A stretch of DNA of 64,000 bases, from IMG/VR virus record IMGVR_UViG_3300013120_000110, positions 1-64,000 of that record. One strand, written 5' to 3'. Of the stretch, positions 35,268 through 46,178 are shown piece after piece. Position 1 is the stretch's first letter. Each line of letters opens with the position of its first letter. Source of the stretch: a virus. The position numbers were made by a program, and so were the translations under genes. Below the pieces are notes generated by a model. That model did no database searches and was not told where the DNA came from. It was given only the letters and a program-made list of their open reading frames with translations.

Positions 35268-38200
35268 TTATGGGAATATCTCCCGCACAAAGCCAGCCAT
35301 CGTCCGAGCCCGCTCCTTCTCTTCTTGGTCCTTGGCTCGCGTGTTTGCGGTCATGGCGCCCCGCCGCATCACGCTCCGTAACTTCTTATCCACAGCCAAG
35401 TTAGCTGTCACGGCGTCAGGTATCTCGCCCGAGAGGCCCATCGGCAGTTGCTTCAGGTTCATCAGGGCGTTTGCCGCCCACTCCGAATCTTCCGCCAGCC
35501 CGGCCCGGAACTCCGCTTCGTACCCTGGCTCCTCTTTTTCTATTGCCAGCCGGATTTTCTTGGTCAGCGGCAGGTAGGATTTGTTGTACCACTCCTTGAG
35601 CAGCAGGTTTTCCAATAGCTCCCGATCTCCGGCATCAGCGGCATCCAGGTTGCTCTTGCGGTAGTGCTCCTTGGTCAAATACCGGGCCGAATCGGGCAGA
35701 CCCAGCTTGAACCGGGCTGCCTCAGCCTTGTTCGCTTGAATCTCAGCCCAATCATCCTCAGTGAGCCCCCTGTTACTGACCCGCACGTAGCGGTTCCAGC
35801 CAACCGGGAGGTTGACGATCCGCTCGACCAGCGTTTCCTCACCGGCCTCGAAAGAGCGACCCCAGAGTGGAGCCGTGAGAATATGGGTAAGCTGTCCCGC
35901 TGAGCCGAACTGGCCCTCAGTCCAGGCCATCATCTTCTTTGTGGATTGCCAGCCACCATGCTCCCACTCTGTCTTGGGGACTATATCAGCCCCATAGAAG
36001 TTATCTCTTGGGTTCCTACCGCAGAAGAACTCGGCCCATTTCTGCGCGATCAACAGTGGTGGGGATAGGTTAGGCACTAGGCCGTCATAAAGCGTGTCCG
36101 CAGCCTCCGCGAGTGCGCCTTGTGGGCTACCGGCCCGCGTCTCAACACCTCCCAGTTCGAGTGCGGCGTCAAGGAACGCGCTCCAAACCCCCGAGATTAG
36201 CTGGCCCATCTCATCCTTCGGGATGGTAAAGAACACAGTCTTTAGACCAAGCGGGGTCTTAACCTGGCCGAGGGGCACCACGTCATAGTTGCGGAAGAAG
36301 TAGGTCCCGATCCACCCCAGGATGGATTCCTGGTTACGCGCTTCTTCCTCCAGGTCATCACCACCACCAAAAATGCTGGCAAGGATGGCGTTTATACCCG
36401 TAGCGGGGGCCCCGTACTTAAACGCCTTGGAAATGGTAGTCGAGGCTATATCTGTCCAGAGGCGGCGGAACCACCACCCCGACCTTGTTCCAGACTTTCG
36501 GGCTAGCCGCAGATCGGCCACCAACCCCTGCCACCTCACGTTGCTATACATAAATAATGAATTGGTGATCGGAGTCCACAGGCCCCGCTCCTTAAAATTA
36601 GGGGTTCCGGCATACTCCCGAACCACAAAGGCTTTCTCGGGGTCGGAGATCAACTCAATCCCCAGCTTCTTGGCTGCCTCTTGGCGCTTGGTAATCATCT
36701 GCCAAGCGGATACCTTACCTGCTGTTTCTTGCACGTTCCCCATCCACTCCATACCCCGCAGTACCTTACCGAGTATGGGCACCGAGCGCTTCTTGGCTGT
36801 CTCAAAAGTGCCGATTCCAAACCGGCGCATCAACCGCTGCGCCTCCCCCCCCCTCATGTGAGATTCAACCTCTACAAAGGGGATGGAGAGTGCGCGAGAG
36901 TGGAACATCTCATCAATCGTTGCATCATCAATCCCAGCCGCCCGACGGGCAGCCACGCTCTTTGCCTTCCAATAGGAGGATAAGACCTCCCCCAGTGTGA
37001 TTACCTGCGCCCTGGAGTGTTTCCGTGCATCCTCTTTGGAGTAGCCCTTCTTGAGAAGCTCCCGCTCCATCTTACTCTCCCACTGTTCCGAGACGGCGCC
37101 CAGGTTGTAGTAGGTGCGCCTCAAGTCACGCATCGGGTTCGCTGCAAGGAAGCCGGGGTTCCAGGAGACGAATAGCCGATGGAAGACCCCATAAAGCGGG
37201 TTGGATAGGAGGCGTCCCACAAAAGCTATCCGCCCAATATCGAAAGACCTGAACCCATCGGCTATTTCTTCGGCCACTAAATAGGCTTTATGTTTGCCAT
37301 CCTCTAGGATAACAAGATAATCTTTCCCGTCTGGTGGTCGCCTTAAAAGTTGTGGGTTGCCGCGTGGGACAGGAACAGACTTAATGGATTCAGGCCAATG
37401 CTGGAGCATGAACTCTCGGGTGGCGTTCTTTCCACGGTTTAGGTCAACCAACCGAACCAAGGACATCATTTTCATAACGGTGGAATCATAGACATTGGCC
37501 GTTGGCTTGAATGTCCCCACTTGTTCTTGAATCATCGGAGAAATGCGCGTTTCAAGGTACTGAACTACTGCAAAGGCAGCATAATTATCCTTATTCGGCA
37601 CAATGACATTCTCAAAAAGTTCTCTGCTATACACCCCGGCCTCTACAGCACTCTCCACAATCCCGAAGACTAGATCATGGAATCGCTGCATGTGATCTTC
37701 AAGTAAGTCAAACTTTCTATCCCCTAACTTTCTCCGCAGCGACTCCAGTTGTTCGGCAGCCGTTTCGGGCGTAAATCCATGTGGATATGCAACTATATTT
37801 CCTTCACGATCCGTAATTCGGCGCAAATACAAGAACTCGCCGATGTCATCCCGTGTAATTCCTTCTTTGTAAAGAGGCTCCTGTACCTCCGCGTGCATCC
37901 GGCTCAGGAACTCCGCCTGGGGGTTGTCTGTATAACTTAACTCACTCAGAGTGTAGTAGGCTGCCAGCGCCAACTTGTTTTCAGGGTCTTCATCTAGGGT
38001 TTTTTCAATTAGATTGTAGAGTGGCATCTTAGAGCGTAAAAAGTACTGACTGAGAATATGCCGTATCTGAGCGAAGATATTGCGCTTTCGTTCTTCTTCC
38101 TCGGCTCGAATGGCCTCAAGTTTCTCATCCCCCGCCAAGTGCCCGCCTCGTAAGGATGCCCGCCTCGCCACCGCCCTAGCATCTTCCGGCTGGTTAAGCA

Positions 38201-41200
38201 CATCTTGAATCTTCAGAAATGCGTCAAGGAACTCAGGCTTTTCATTAAGCCAAGCCTGGAAACCGCGATAAAACTCAGGGGCTCGCTGGGCCAACTCACC
38301 TGGAGCATTAAAGAAGACACTCAGCGCCTCGGCGTACAACTCCTTACCCTCCCGACGGTACTTGATGTAGCGTTGGGTAGATGTAGCCGGATCGTATGGT
38401 GTCCACCACATTGTGAGCTTGAGAAGTTCGTCTCGTATGTTCTCAGCCGTGAGTAGCATACGCTTCTCAATCTCATCCCGTAGCATTTCCTGATACTTCC
38501 GGTGAATCTGTTCGGCGGTGGCATCCTCTTCCACGACCTGCTTGATAGTGCGGCCCGTCTTCTCTCGGACCTCCCGTGTGAACTGTTGTAGCTCGTCCGC
38601 CACTACCCCTCGCATAGCTTCTTTCACAATAGACAGCTTCTCAACAGCGCTCAACTGCTTGATATAACGCAAGAGGTCTGGGTTGTGTACGCCACCTTCC
38701 ACGCTATTCCAAATCGCCAGCACATCCTCGGGTGTAATCCCAAACCGCTGAACAATCTCTTCCTCAATCTCAATCTCCACACCCTTCTGCGAGAGGCGCT
38801 TGGCCTCCTTCTTGAGCCTGTTGCGTTCCTCTTCAGTCAAGGGCTGGGGCCCACCAGGATAGCCCGCTATCCACGCTTCCCCGAACTCGGCTAGTGAGGC
38901 TATCCGCCCAAGGATGTTGCCCCGATTCATTGACTTAATACCCAGCCAATCAACAAGGTGCCCAATCTCATGCGCTAGAACCTTGGCTAACAACCCTTCT
39001 TCACGCGCGGAGATAGCATTTATCACCATACGGGCAAAGGCTTTAGTGGGCTGGGGGTCAAAAAAGCCGAGGTAGGATTGCAGCTTCTTAACCTGTGGTA
39101 CTTTACCAAGTAACTCCTTGATGAGCCGGATCAATTCCGGGCCGGGAAGAGGCTGCATACGCACACGCTCTACCTTCGGAGTGGTTTCATCCGGGGCTTG
39201 GTCGTAGGCGTCACGCGGCGCCTCGGGTCCTGGTTCTGGCTTGTAGTCGGGCGGGAACCCACCTACAGCACCCTCGGGTATCCGCTGCCCTTCAACTCCC
39301 CCCCCGCCACCTGTACCGGGCGGGGCGGCGGTAGGCTCGGTGGGTGCGGGAGGCTGTACCCAGCGTATCCCGTTAATCGCTGCTTGAGCATCGGCCAGTT
39401 TGGACGGCAGCCCAGTCTTCTTTTCTTCGGCACCCCACTCTGTATCCTGACCTGTGACCGTGATGGGGTTGGCTTTGGCTGGCCCCGGCTTGGCCTTGGC
39501 GCCCTTCTTCGCTGTCGGGGGTGGTGGGATGGGCGGGCCAGGGCCCCAGACTGCGTTCAGGCCCTTGGCTGTTTTTTTGACAACAAAACCAGCTTGTTCG
39601 AGTTTCGTTTTAACAACATCCCGGGGGGCTTTCCGCTTGATCCCCATGTCTTCTAGGTTGACCCCAACCGTCATGCCTGGTTTCAGTTCGCCGGGGTGTA
39701 GCCCGAATAGCTCTGGAGCGAATGAGAACTTGTAGCCGTCTCGATAGACCAGGCGCAGGCCAAACACCTCATAGCGCTGGTCGGTTCCACCGTACCTGTC
39801 TGCAACTACACCATGTACCTCAAGCTCCCCTTCGTGAACCGTAAAGACAGGATCGTAGGCAAACTCTGCCACTTCCTCCGCGAGCCATGCTATAGTGTTT
39901 TTGGCCCGGGTCATGTTGCCAAGTAACGGGGCTGCAAAGTCACCCGAGTCTAGTATTATGTCCGCTTTGGTTGGTGTCGGCGCGGCGCCTGTGTGTGGGT
40001 ATAGTAGCTTGCCTTCTGTACCTGCCCCCAGCTTATCGTCCACCCATTTCAAGCTACCATCTTCCCAAACATCAACCGCAACCCGAGCGCGTTTCGATGC
40101 TTCGGCGGGGAACTCTTTGGCGTTAGTCACGGGTGGCAGGTCTGCCCCTAACTCATCTAGTAACACCACGAGTTGTCTGAGCTTAGCGGGGACACCACTA
40201 CGGGCAAAATATTCATTTACCCCAATATGTATCAAGCTGTATCGCGGTATGTCATTTCCCTTGGCGTCCACCTTATGGTTTTTGGGATCACCGCCCTTCC
40301 AGTTCTCTCGGATTGCCCAAATCCCCCCAGGCAGCGGTTCATAAGACAACCATTTCTTTACGGTTCGAGTAAGCGGATTGCCTTCGGCATCATTTTTGCC
40401 GGTTGGAACGCTAACCTCAAGCTCAACTTCCTCCTCCTTGCCCTTGATTTTTTTTGCCTTCTCATTTACGCTATCCCAGAAGCGATTCTCAGCAACCAGG
40501 GCCTTGCGATGTTTTCGCTTTGCCTGAGCTTCCTCCTTTTCGCTTACCGCTCGCTTAGCCTTTTGTTTCTCGCGTTCTGCTTCTAGCTCTTTTTCGGCAA
40601 CAGCTTTGGCAACGTCATTTACCTTTGTGGCCTCGGCAATAATCTCATCGCTACGCTGGAACCAATCTTTGTTGCGCCGAACAGCCTCTAGGCGTTTCTT
40701 AAACCCTGCCCGATCTTCGTCAGAGAGGGCCCTGAGATTTTGGAGGCGACTCAAATGGACCTGGGAGCGGGCTCCCATATACATTTCGGCGTTGCCTTTG
40801 ATAGACGAGGCTAGTGTCTGAGTTTCGGACGGGTGGCCCCAGTCGAAATAGACGCGCTCGGCGGTACTGCGTAACTCATCCTCATTTAAGAGGTGGCCGT
40901 ACTGTGCCTCCACTTGCTTAGCGATAATGTCCTGAAGGCGCTGAGAGTAGCGGGTTTGGTTGGCTGTGTGTTCGCGGGCCTTAGAATCGCTGGTTCCCTC
41001 ACGAATGGCAAGGCGCCCCTCTCGCTCATACGCCCACGGCAGCCAATGAGCTTCCGTAGGTGCAGCCTCCATCTTGTCCTCTATAATCGCCAGGTCGAGC
41101 CTACGCTTATAGGGTTCCTGTTCTTTTTCAATGTCCCTGATAGCGCGGTTCTTTTCCGTAATCTCCGCTTGGAGATTCCTGCGCTTCTTGTGGGCGTTGC

Positions 41201-43376
41201 GCCGTGTCTTAGCCAGGGTCTTCTCTAACTCATCCCGAGCCTTCCTGATCTCTCGAATCTTCTCTTGCCCATGTGCGGCGCCCAACCCCCAGGAATCACG
41301 CTCACCCTTACCCTCGGGGAGTGGCTTGCTTATTCGCCCGGTAGGTGGGCGTACCCACGGCTCATCGGGTAACGGGGGTCGGGGTTCCTCTGCCGGTTCC
41401 TCTTTAACCTCTTCCTCAACAGGAGGCTCCGTAACTGCCGGAACACCAGGCTCAGTAGGCGAGGGAGCTTCTTCTTCAACTGGCCCAAATGATACCTCAC
41501 CCCTCTTTTCTTTGTAAAGCCAAAGTCTCGGGCCGTGGTGTTGTAAAAGCTCGGCTGTTTCAGGAAAGTTTTGGGCAAACTCTTCGTAACCCCAACCACG
41601 CTCTATACCGGCTTGCATTTGGTTGCCAACCGTATCGCCATCGGCGTCAGGCATTGGCAGGTTTAACAGTTCTATATTGACCCCTGTTTCCGGCAGGTAT
41701 AATTTTTCTTCGCCCAAATCTGGTTCGGGGGCACCCTTGCGGGCATCCTCCCAAATCTGCTCAAAGTTTTTGCCTTTAGCTCGCTGGATCGTGGTATATC
41801 GCCCCCACGGGGCGGCCCTATTAGCAGGCGAAGCGTTATATGCTTGTTGAAAAGCGGCTGCTGTGGGGAATTGAGCGACGTGTTCTCGGGGGCTTAGCTC
41901 TTTTTCTTCTTCGCTGGGCTCTGATACTTCCCGAGGCGCTTGTCCGCCCGGAGGAACTTCCGGGCGACCTTCACTGACGGGGGGGACTTCAGGTACTTCG
42001 GTTTCCACCCGTGGGCCCGCGCCCTCATCAACTTGTTCTGCTTCTTGCTTACGCTTGGCATCTTCCCGCTCCTTTATCTTCTGCGCAATCCTTTGTCGCG
42101 CTTCTTCTTCTTTCTCTGCTGGGGTGCGCGGGCCAAGCCTGCGCAGCGGACGGGCAGCCATTCCCGCCGCAGCCGCGCCACCACCCATCACGCCAGTCAA
42201 GATCGTAGTTGGGGCGGCAATCTCCTTGAATGACTTCCATTGGTCGGCGGGGGAAAGCTGACGCCGGGGTGGTTCCTCAGTCATCCCCATACGGTGTTCG
42301 GCGCCGACCTGCCCCGTTTGCGTCACCGTCTCTGTAGCATACTCGCCCCCTAGCGCTTGCGCAAAACCCCTAACGGCACTCGCCGCCACTCGTCTACCGG
42401 CCAAGCCCATAAAGACCCTGCCTAATCCAGTCATGGTCAGGAGGTTCCCCATCGCCTCGGGCCCAGCTTCCCACAAAGCGTGGCGGGATATTTCGGGCAG
42501 GTTCTTTTCCAGCGCTTCGGCCCGCTCCTCATCTGTTAGCTCACGCCCCAGCGATTGCTCAATGGAGTCAAAGAAGGCCCGAGTGACCATGGCCTTGTCC
42601 ATCTTGTAGGCCGCCCGGCCCGACCAGGCTAGCATACCCGCTGCGCCACCAACCTTAGCACCAAGCGGGACGGTTACTGGCGCGGCTGGCCCGCCAGCTA
42701 ACCCAGCCCCGGCGCCTGTAATCGCTCCAACCATCAAGCCCTTTAGACCCTCGATCATAGAGACGGTAGAGAAGCCGGTGCTTGCGGCTGTTTGCTCAAT
42801 ATCACCAACCATAAGATGGGGCAGCGGGATGGGTCCAAACCTCTCTGGCGTTACGGGCATCTCCCGCTGTTCGTCGGTCAACTGGGCTGCGCGGTAGCGC
42901 TCCCGTTCTTGTGCCGCCTCAACCGCTACATCTGCCGCAGTATGCTGGGCGAGTGGGTCGGGGTCTTCCTTCATGTGGCCCCGGGCACCTAGAGTCTGGA
43001 TGGGAATGTCATAGAGTAACCTTCCCATCTGCCTGCCGCCGACCAGCGTACCCTTGGGGGTCCACTTCATTGGCGGGAGAGGTTCGGGCTCTATGATCTG
43101 AGGTGGGTGGGGCAGAGCCCTAACCACTGGAGGCCAGAATGGCACTTGTTCAGCGGGCTCTGGTTTCTCTGTGGGCTTGGCTAGAGGCTTGGCGGGAACC
43201 TTGGCGGGTTTTCTGGGGGGTCGAGGTAGAGCCCGGCCCACATAAGGGGAAACTGGGGGGGCAACTTCAGCGGGAACCTCAGTGGCAAAGTCTTCCCATG
43301 ACGTACCAGCCGCCGCTTGTGCTTTAGTAGAGGTTTTCTCTTCCTCTACGGGCGTAGCGTAGTCTTGCCAACTCAT
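35268..43376 (-). CDS. giant (2702 aa) virion-ejected/polyvalent protein with zincin-like domain
   Basis: Low-complexity Pro/Glu and Gly/Ala N-terminus, LAHEIGH and ELYAEA motifs, LPD38-like C-terminus. Confidence 0.8.
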   Translation of the reverse strand: MSWQDYATPVEEEKTSTKAQAAAGTSWEDFATEVPAEVAPPVSPYVGRALPRPPRKPAKVPAKPLAKPTEKPEPAEQVPFWPPVVRALPHPPQIIEPEPLPPMKWTPKGTLVGGRQMGRLLYDIPIQTLGARGHMKEDPDPLAQHTAADVAVEAAQERERYRAAQLTDEQREMPVTPERFGPIPLPHLMVGDIEQTAASTGFSTVSMIEGLKGLMVGAITGAGAGLAGGPAAPVTVPLGAKVGGAAGMLAWSGRAAYKMDKAMVTRAFFDSIEQSLGRELTDEERAEALEKNLPEISRHALWEAGPEAMGNLLTMTGLGRVFMGLAGRRVAASAVRGFAQALGGEYATETVTQTGQVGAEHRMGMTEEPPRRQLSPADQWKSFKEIAAPTTILTGVMGGGAAAAGMAARPLRRLGPRTPAEKEEEARQRIAQKIKEREDAKRKQEAEQVDEGAGPRVETEVPEVPPVSEGRPEVPPGGQAPREVSEPSEEEKELSPREHVAQFPTAAAFQQAYNASPANRAAPWGRYTTIQRAKGKNFEQIWEDARKGAPEPDLGEEKLYLPETGVNIELLNLPMPDADGDTVGNQMQAGIERGWGYEEFAQNFPETAELLQHHGPRLWLYKEKRGEVSFGPVEEEAPSPTEPGVPAVTEPPVEEEVKEEPAEEPRPPLPDEPWVRPPTGRISKPLPEGKGERDSWGLGAAHGQEKIREIRKARDELEKTLAKTRRNAHKKRRNLQAEITEKNRAIRDIEKEQEPYKRRLDLAIIEDKMEAAPTEAHWLPWAYEREGRLAIREGTSDSKAREHTANQTRYSQRLQDIIAKQVEAQYGHLLNEDELRSTAERVYFDWGHPSETQTLASSIKGNAEMYMGARSQVHLSRLQNLRALSDEDRAGFKKRLEAVRRNKDWFQRSDEIIAEATKVNDVAKAVAEKELEAEREKQKAKRAVSEKEEAQAKRKHRKALVAENRFWDSVNEKAKKIKGKEEEVELEVSVPTGKNDAEGNPLTRTVKKWLSYEPLPGGIWAIRENWKGGDPKNHKVDAKGNDIPRYSLIHIGVNEYFARSGVPAKLRQLVVLLDELGADLPPVTNAKEFPAEASKRARVAVDVWEDGSLKWVDDKLGAGTEGKLLYPHTGAAPTPTKADIILDSGDFAAPLLGNMTRAKNTIAWLAEEVAEFAYDPVFTVHEGELEVHGVVADRYGGTDQRYEVFGLRLVYRDGYKFSFAPELFGLHPGELKPGMTVGVNLEDMGIKRKAPRDVVKTKLEQAGFVVKKTAKGLNAVWGPGPPIPPPPTAKKGAKAKPGPAKANPITVTGQDTEWGAEEKKTGLPSKLADAQAAINGIRWVQPPAPTEPTAAPPGTGGGGGVEGQRIPEGAVGGFPPDYKPEPGPEAPRDAYDQAPDETTPKVERVRMQPLPGPELIRLIKELLGKVPQVKKLQSYLGFFDPQPTKAFARMVINAISAREEGLLAKVLAHEIGHLVDWLGIKSMNRGNILGRIASLAEFGEAWIAGYPGGPQPLTEEERNRLKKEAKRLSQKGVEIEIEEEIVQRFGITPEDVLAIWNSVEGGVHNPDLLRYIKQLSAVEKLSIVKEAMRGVVADELQQFTREVREKTGRTIKQVVEEDATAEQIHRKYQEMLRDEIEKRMLLTAENIRDELLKLTMWWTPYDPATSTQRYIKYRREGKELYAEALSVFFNAPGELAQRAPEFYRGFQAWLNEKPEFLDAFLKIQDVLNQPEDARAVARRASLRGGHLAGDEKLEAIRAEEEERKRNIFAQIRHILSQYFLRSKMPLYNLIEKTLDEDPENKLALAAYYTLSELSYTDNPQAEFLSRMHAEVQEPLYKEGITRDDIGEFLYLRRITDREGNIVAYPHGFTPETAAEQLESLRRKLGDRKFDLLEDHMQRFHDLVFGIVESAVEAGVYSRELFENVIVPNKDNYAAFAVVQYLETRISPMIQEQVGTFKPTANVYDSTVMKMMSLVRLVDLNRGKNATREFMLQHWPESIKSVPVPRGNPQLLRRPPDGKDYLVILEDGKHKAYLVAEEIADGFRSFDIGRIAFVGRLLSNPLYGVFHRLFVSWNPGFLAANPMRDLRRTYYNLGAVSEQWESKMERELLKKGYSKEDARKHSRAQVITLGEVLSSYWKAKSVAARRAAGIDDATIDEMFHSRALSIPFVEVESHMRGGEAQRLMRRFGIGTFETAKKRSVPILGKVLRGMEWMGNVQETAGKVSAWQMITKRQEAAKKLGIELISDPEKAFVVREYAGTPNFKERGLWTPITNSLFMYSNVRWQGLVADLRLARKSGTRSGWWFRRLWTDIASTTISKAFKYGAPATGINAILASIFGGGDDLEEEARNQESILGWIGTYFFRNYDVVPLGQVKTPLGLKTVFFTIPKDEMGQLISGVWSAFLDAALELGGVETRAGSPQGALAEAADTLYDGLVPNLSPPLLIAQKWAEFFCGRNPRDNFYGADIVPKTEWEHGGWQSTKKMMAWTEGQFGSAGQLTHILTAPLWGRSFEAGEETLVERIVNLPVGWNRYVRVSNRGLTEDDWAEIQANKAEAARFKLGLPDSARYLTKEHYRKSNLDAADAGDRELLENLLLKEWYNKSYLPLTKKIRLAIEKEEPGYEAEFRAGLAEDSEWAANALMNLKQLPMGLSGEIPDAVTANLAVDKKLRSVMRRGAMTANTRAKDQEEKERARTMAGFVREIFP

Positions 43377-44962
43377 TTGGAAGTTTTACCCTTCTTTTTC
43401 TTTGGGCCCTTTGCTTTATAAATCTTCCCATCTGGGCCCAAGAACTTGGTGCCCTTGGGGTAGTTGGCAATCACTTCCTCGAACTCAGGGGAATCCACGG
43501 CATAACCGCTTATCGTATCAACCCCATCGACATACCGATCAGGGTGAGTGGGTTTCTTGAATTGAGAGGGCCACTTCCACTTGCCCTCTTCATTTTGAGT
43601 TGGCTCGACACCTGCCTCGTAAGCGGCGCGATAATCGTAGTGGTGCGCCGGATCGTCTGGATCGAGGTTCAAGCCCATAATCTGTGCCCGGCGAGCATAC
43701 CAGTTCTCAAACTTATTCTCCATTCGCCCCAGCGGCGACTCAACCTCTGCTTCTGGCAGCATAGCGTTACCGGGCTGTTGTGATAGCGCCCAGCGCATAA
43801 GCTGGGTAAACGCCCCGTAATCCCCAAGCGGCTTGCCGTCCCTCATCCACTCCACGCGGGTCGGGATGTTGTCACCACGGGCTATGGCGGCATGGACTTG
43901 CCCAACCCACTTGTTGAGTGCTACTAGGTCTGTCCCGAGCTTGCCGTGCGCGGCGGCGGGGAACGGCACCTGACCAGGCTCCCAATCAACCGGGACCTCT
44001 GGCCTAGCCCCCCGACCTTTTTTGCGTCGAAGTTGTTCCGCCCGGCCATCTGGGTTGTCGGGAAGCTCGCCGTCAGGCACACCAATAAACCTAGATTTCG
44101 TATACTTGAGGTATTCGGGCACTCTGTGAAGATTCTCATGGCGCTCGACATACGCCATAGCAGCCTCGTGTAACGCATTTTGATTGGGCGCGAACTCTGT
44201 TGCACCCAAGCCTTCTGTCTTATGCGCCTTTGCTGCCGCACTTAACGCTTCACTGTAACCCTTGTCGTACAAAGCACTTATCCGCTCTCTCTCAACCTGG
44301 GCGGGCCTCTGCTTTGCTTCTGTTTCCTTAACGGCAGCTTCCCTCATCTTGAGTTGATGGGCCTCGGCTTTCTGTTCCATTTGCTGTTCGGCCTGCCTGT
44401 ACCGAATATGATCTTGGGGTTTCTGTCCGAGCCGATGGCCGGGGTGTCCAACCGCCATACCAGCAATCACCGCTTCCTGTAGGCTGGGGGCAGGTAGCTG
44501 ATCTTCACCACCCGCTTGATCTTGCCCGTCCTGTTCAGCACGCATGTAATCCAGGTTGTTGTTGGGTGCGTTGCGATCCGGCGCCCATTGCCGGAGCTTG
44601 GGATTGAACACCCAGGTTGTACCTGGAGCACCCCACTCGCCCTGTTGGTCAAGGAAGGCTTGGCGCCCAATCTGCGCAGGTGGAGATAGTGGCACCTCAT
44701 CAAGTGGAACGGGAAGGGGAGTGATCCGCTCACGCTCTGTATCCAGGTTTGCTAGCTCCCGTTCTCGGACGAAATCAGGCACATCCCCTGACTGGAGCCA
44801 CGCTGCAACCTGAGCATTGCGAGCCAAGGCTTGCTTCTGCATGGGGGTATATCGCACTCGCCCTGCCCTGAGTTCCGCACTCATATCTGCAACGGGTTGC
44901 TGGCCCCCATAAAGTTCGTCTGGAGAAAGGTAGCTCCCCATGACTGGATCAAGAACGTCCAT
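43373..44962 (-). CDS. putative internal virion/ejection protein
   Basis: Q/A/E-rich; C-terminal YDYRAAY...WPSQFK.P.HP block; adjacent to giant gene. Confidence 0.65.
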   Translation of the reverse strand: MDVLDPVMGSYLSPDELYGGQQPVADMSAELRAGRVRYTPMQKQALARNAQVAAWLQSGDVPDFVRERELANLDTERERITPLPVPLDEVPLSPPAQIGRQAFLDQQGEWGAPGTTWVFNPKLRQWAPDRNAPNNNLDYMRAEQDGQDQAGGEDQLPAPSLQEAVIAGMAVGHPGHRLGQKPQDHIRYRQAEQQMEQKAEAHQLKMREAAVKETEAKQRPAQVERERISALYDKGYSEALSAAAKAHKTEGLGATEFAPNQNALHEAAMAYVERHENLHRVPEYLKYTKSRFIGVPDGELPDNPDGRAEQLRRKKGRGARPEVPVDWEPGQVPFPAAAHGKLGTDLVALNKWVGQVHAAIARGDNIPTRVEWMRDGKPLGDYGAFTQLMRWALSQQPGNAMLPEAEVESPLGRMENKFENWYARRAQIMGLNLDPDDPAHHYDYRAAYEAGVEPTQNEEGKWKWPSQFKKPTHPDRYVDGVDTISGYAVDSPEFEEVIANYPKGTKFLGPDGKIYKAKGPKKKKGKTSK

Positions 44963-44981
44963 CTCATTTCTCCACTAAATG

Positions 44982-46166
44982 TTACAGCGGCAAGTTTCTG
45001 AATGGTTGGGCTCGCCTATTAGCGTCCGCAAGCCGCATTTGGTTACTGAAAGCACTAGCATACATCGCCTGGGTTGGGTTCATGCCAGAGCGGTAGCCTA
45101 ACCTACGGCGCCGAGCAGCACCGCGAGCGTAAGCGTTAGAACGTACCATCCAGTCCCTATATTCACGTGGCATCAACCGGGGTCGCTGGCTCTCTCGGTA
45201 GGCCAGGTTGCTCTCAACCCGTTCATCATAGTCGGGGTTGGTTGCACGGGCAATTCGGAGAGCTTCAGTCGGGCTAATCTCACTCAGGTTCCGCCCACCA
45301 AGCATGTTGGCATAGTCCTCGTGGCTAGTGTCGATAAGACCCCGCTGGATCAAGTCGTTGGCATAGCGAGTGTTCCGGTCTGCGGTTTGCTCTGGCGTTA
45401 GAGTAGTCCCCCTCCACCCAAGCCTGGGCTTTGTGGGTTGTCCCGCTGCCGCTCGTATTTCGTTTTCAATCTTGTAGTCTAAATACTTCGAGGGAGTCAT
45501 TTGCTGTGTAACACCAGGCTCATCGCCAGCAAGGCTAGCATACCCGCCAAGAGGCTTCGCGTAATACGCACTCATATTCGCCCGCCGCTGTGCCTCTACC
45601 TGAGCCTTTATGTCTTCCGCTTCTCTGGCATCCCTAGCGGCTTGCCAAGCGTCAACACTAGAATAACCTGCCTGCCTTGATGCGATAATATCATCCACAG
45701 AGCGCCGCGTTTGCCACTGTTGTTGCGCGCCGCTGGGCTGACCTGACCGCGCATACCAATCCTCTAGCCCAGCCTGTTGCCGTAATCCCACTGGGTTGGC
45801 TTGATTGGCGGCATACCGCCTTCTGAACTGACCCCCGGTTCGGCTGAAGTCAAAACCTTGCGTTACGTTATAGGGAGAGGCGTAGCCTCTAGTGGAGGCT
45901 GGGGGTAGCCCGTGCGCCGTAACTCCAGCCATGTAGCCTGGTTGGAACATGGGCGACCTGCCGCCATACGGACTGGTCATCGAGCGGGGCGGAAGTGGCC
46001 CATAACCCAGTTGCAAGTCTGGTGACGGAGCGCTAGGTTGCGCAGCCGGAGTGGTGGGCTCGAACCCGGGGGTAAACCCGCCGCCACGGTTGGCCTGCAC
46101 CGCTCGATCTAGCCAGCCGGGTTCCATATCCCATTGCGTAGTGTTATATCCTGGGTATCTAGCCAT
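44982..46166 (-). CDS. putative internal virion protein
   Basis: Disordered G/P/Q/R/Y-rich, no Cys. Confidence 0.6.
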   Translation of the reverse strand: MARYPGYNTTQWDMEPGWLDRAVQANRGGGFTPGFEPTTPAAQPSAPSPDLQLGYGPLPPRSMTSPYGGRSPMFQPGYMAGVTAHGLPPASTRGYASPYNVTQGFDFSRTGGQFRRRYAANQANPVGLRQQAGLEDWYARSGQPSGAQQQWQTRRSVDDIIASRQAGYSSVDAWQAARDAREAEDIKAQVEAQRRANMSAYYAKPLGGYASLAGDEPGVTQQMTPSKYLDYKIENEIRAAAGQPTKPRLGWRGTTLTPEQTADRNTRYANDLIQRGLIDTSHEDYANMLGGRNLSEISPTEALRIARATNPDYDERVESNLAYRESQRPRLMPREYRDWMVRSNAYARGAARRRRLGYRSGMNPTQAMYASAFSNQMRLADANRRAQPFRNLPL

Positions 46167-46178
46167 CGCTATTCTCCT

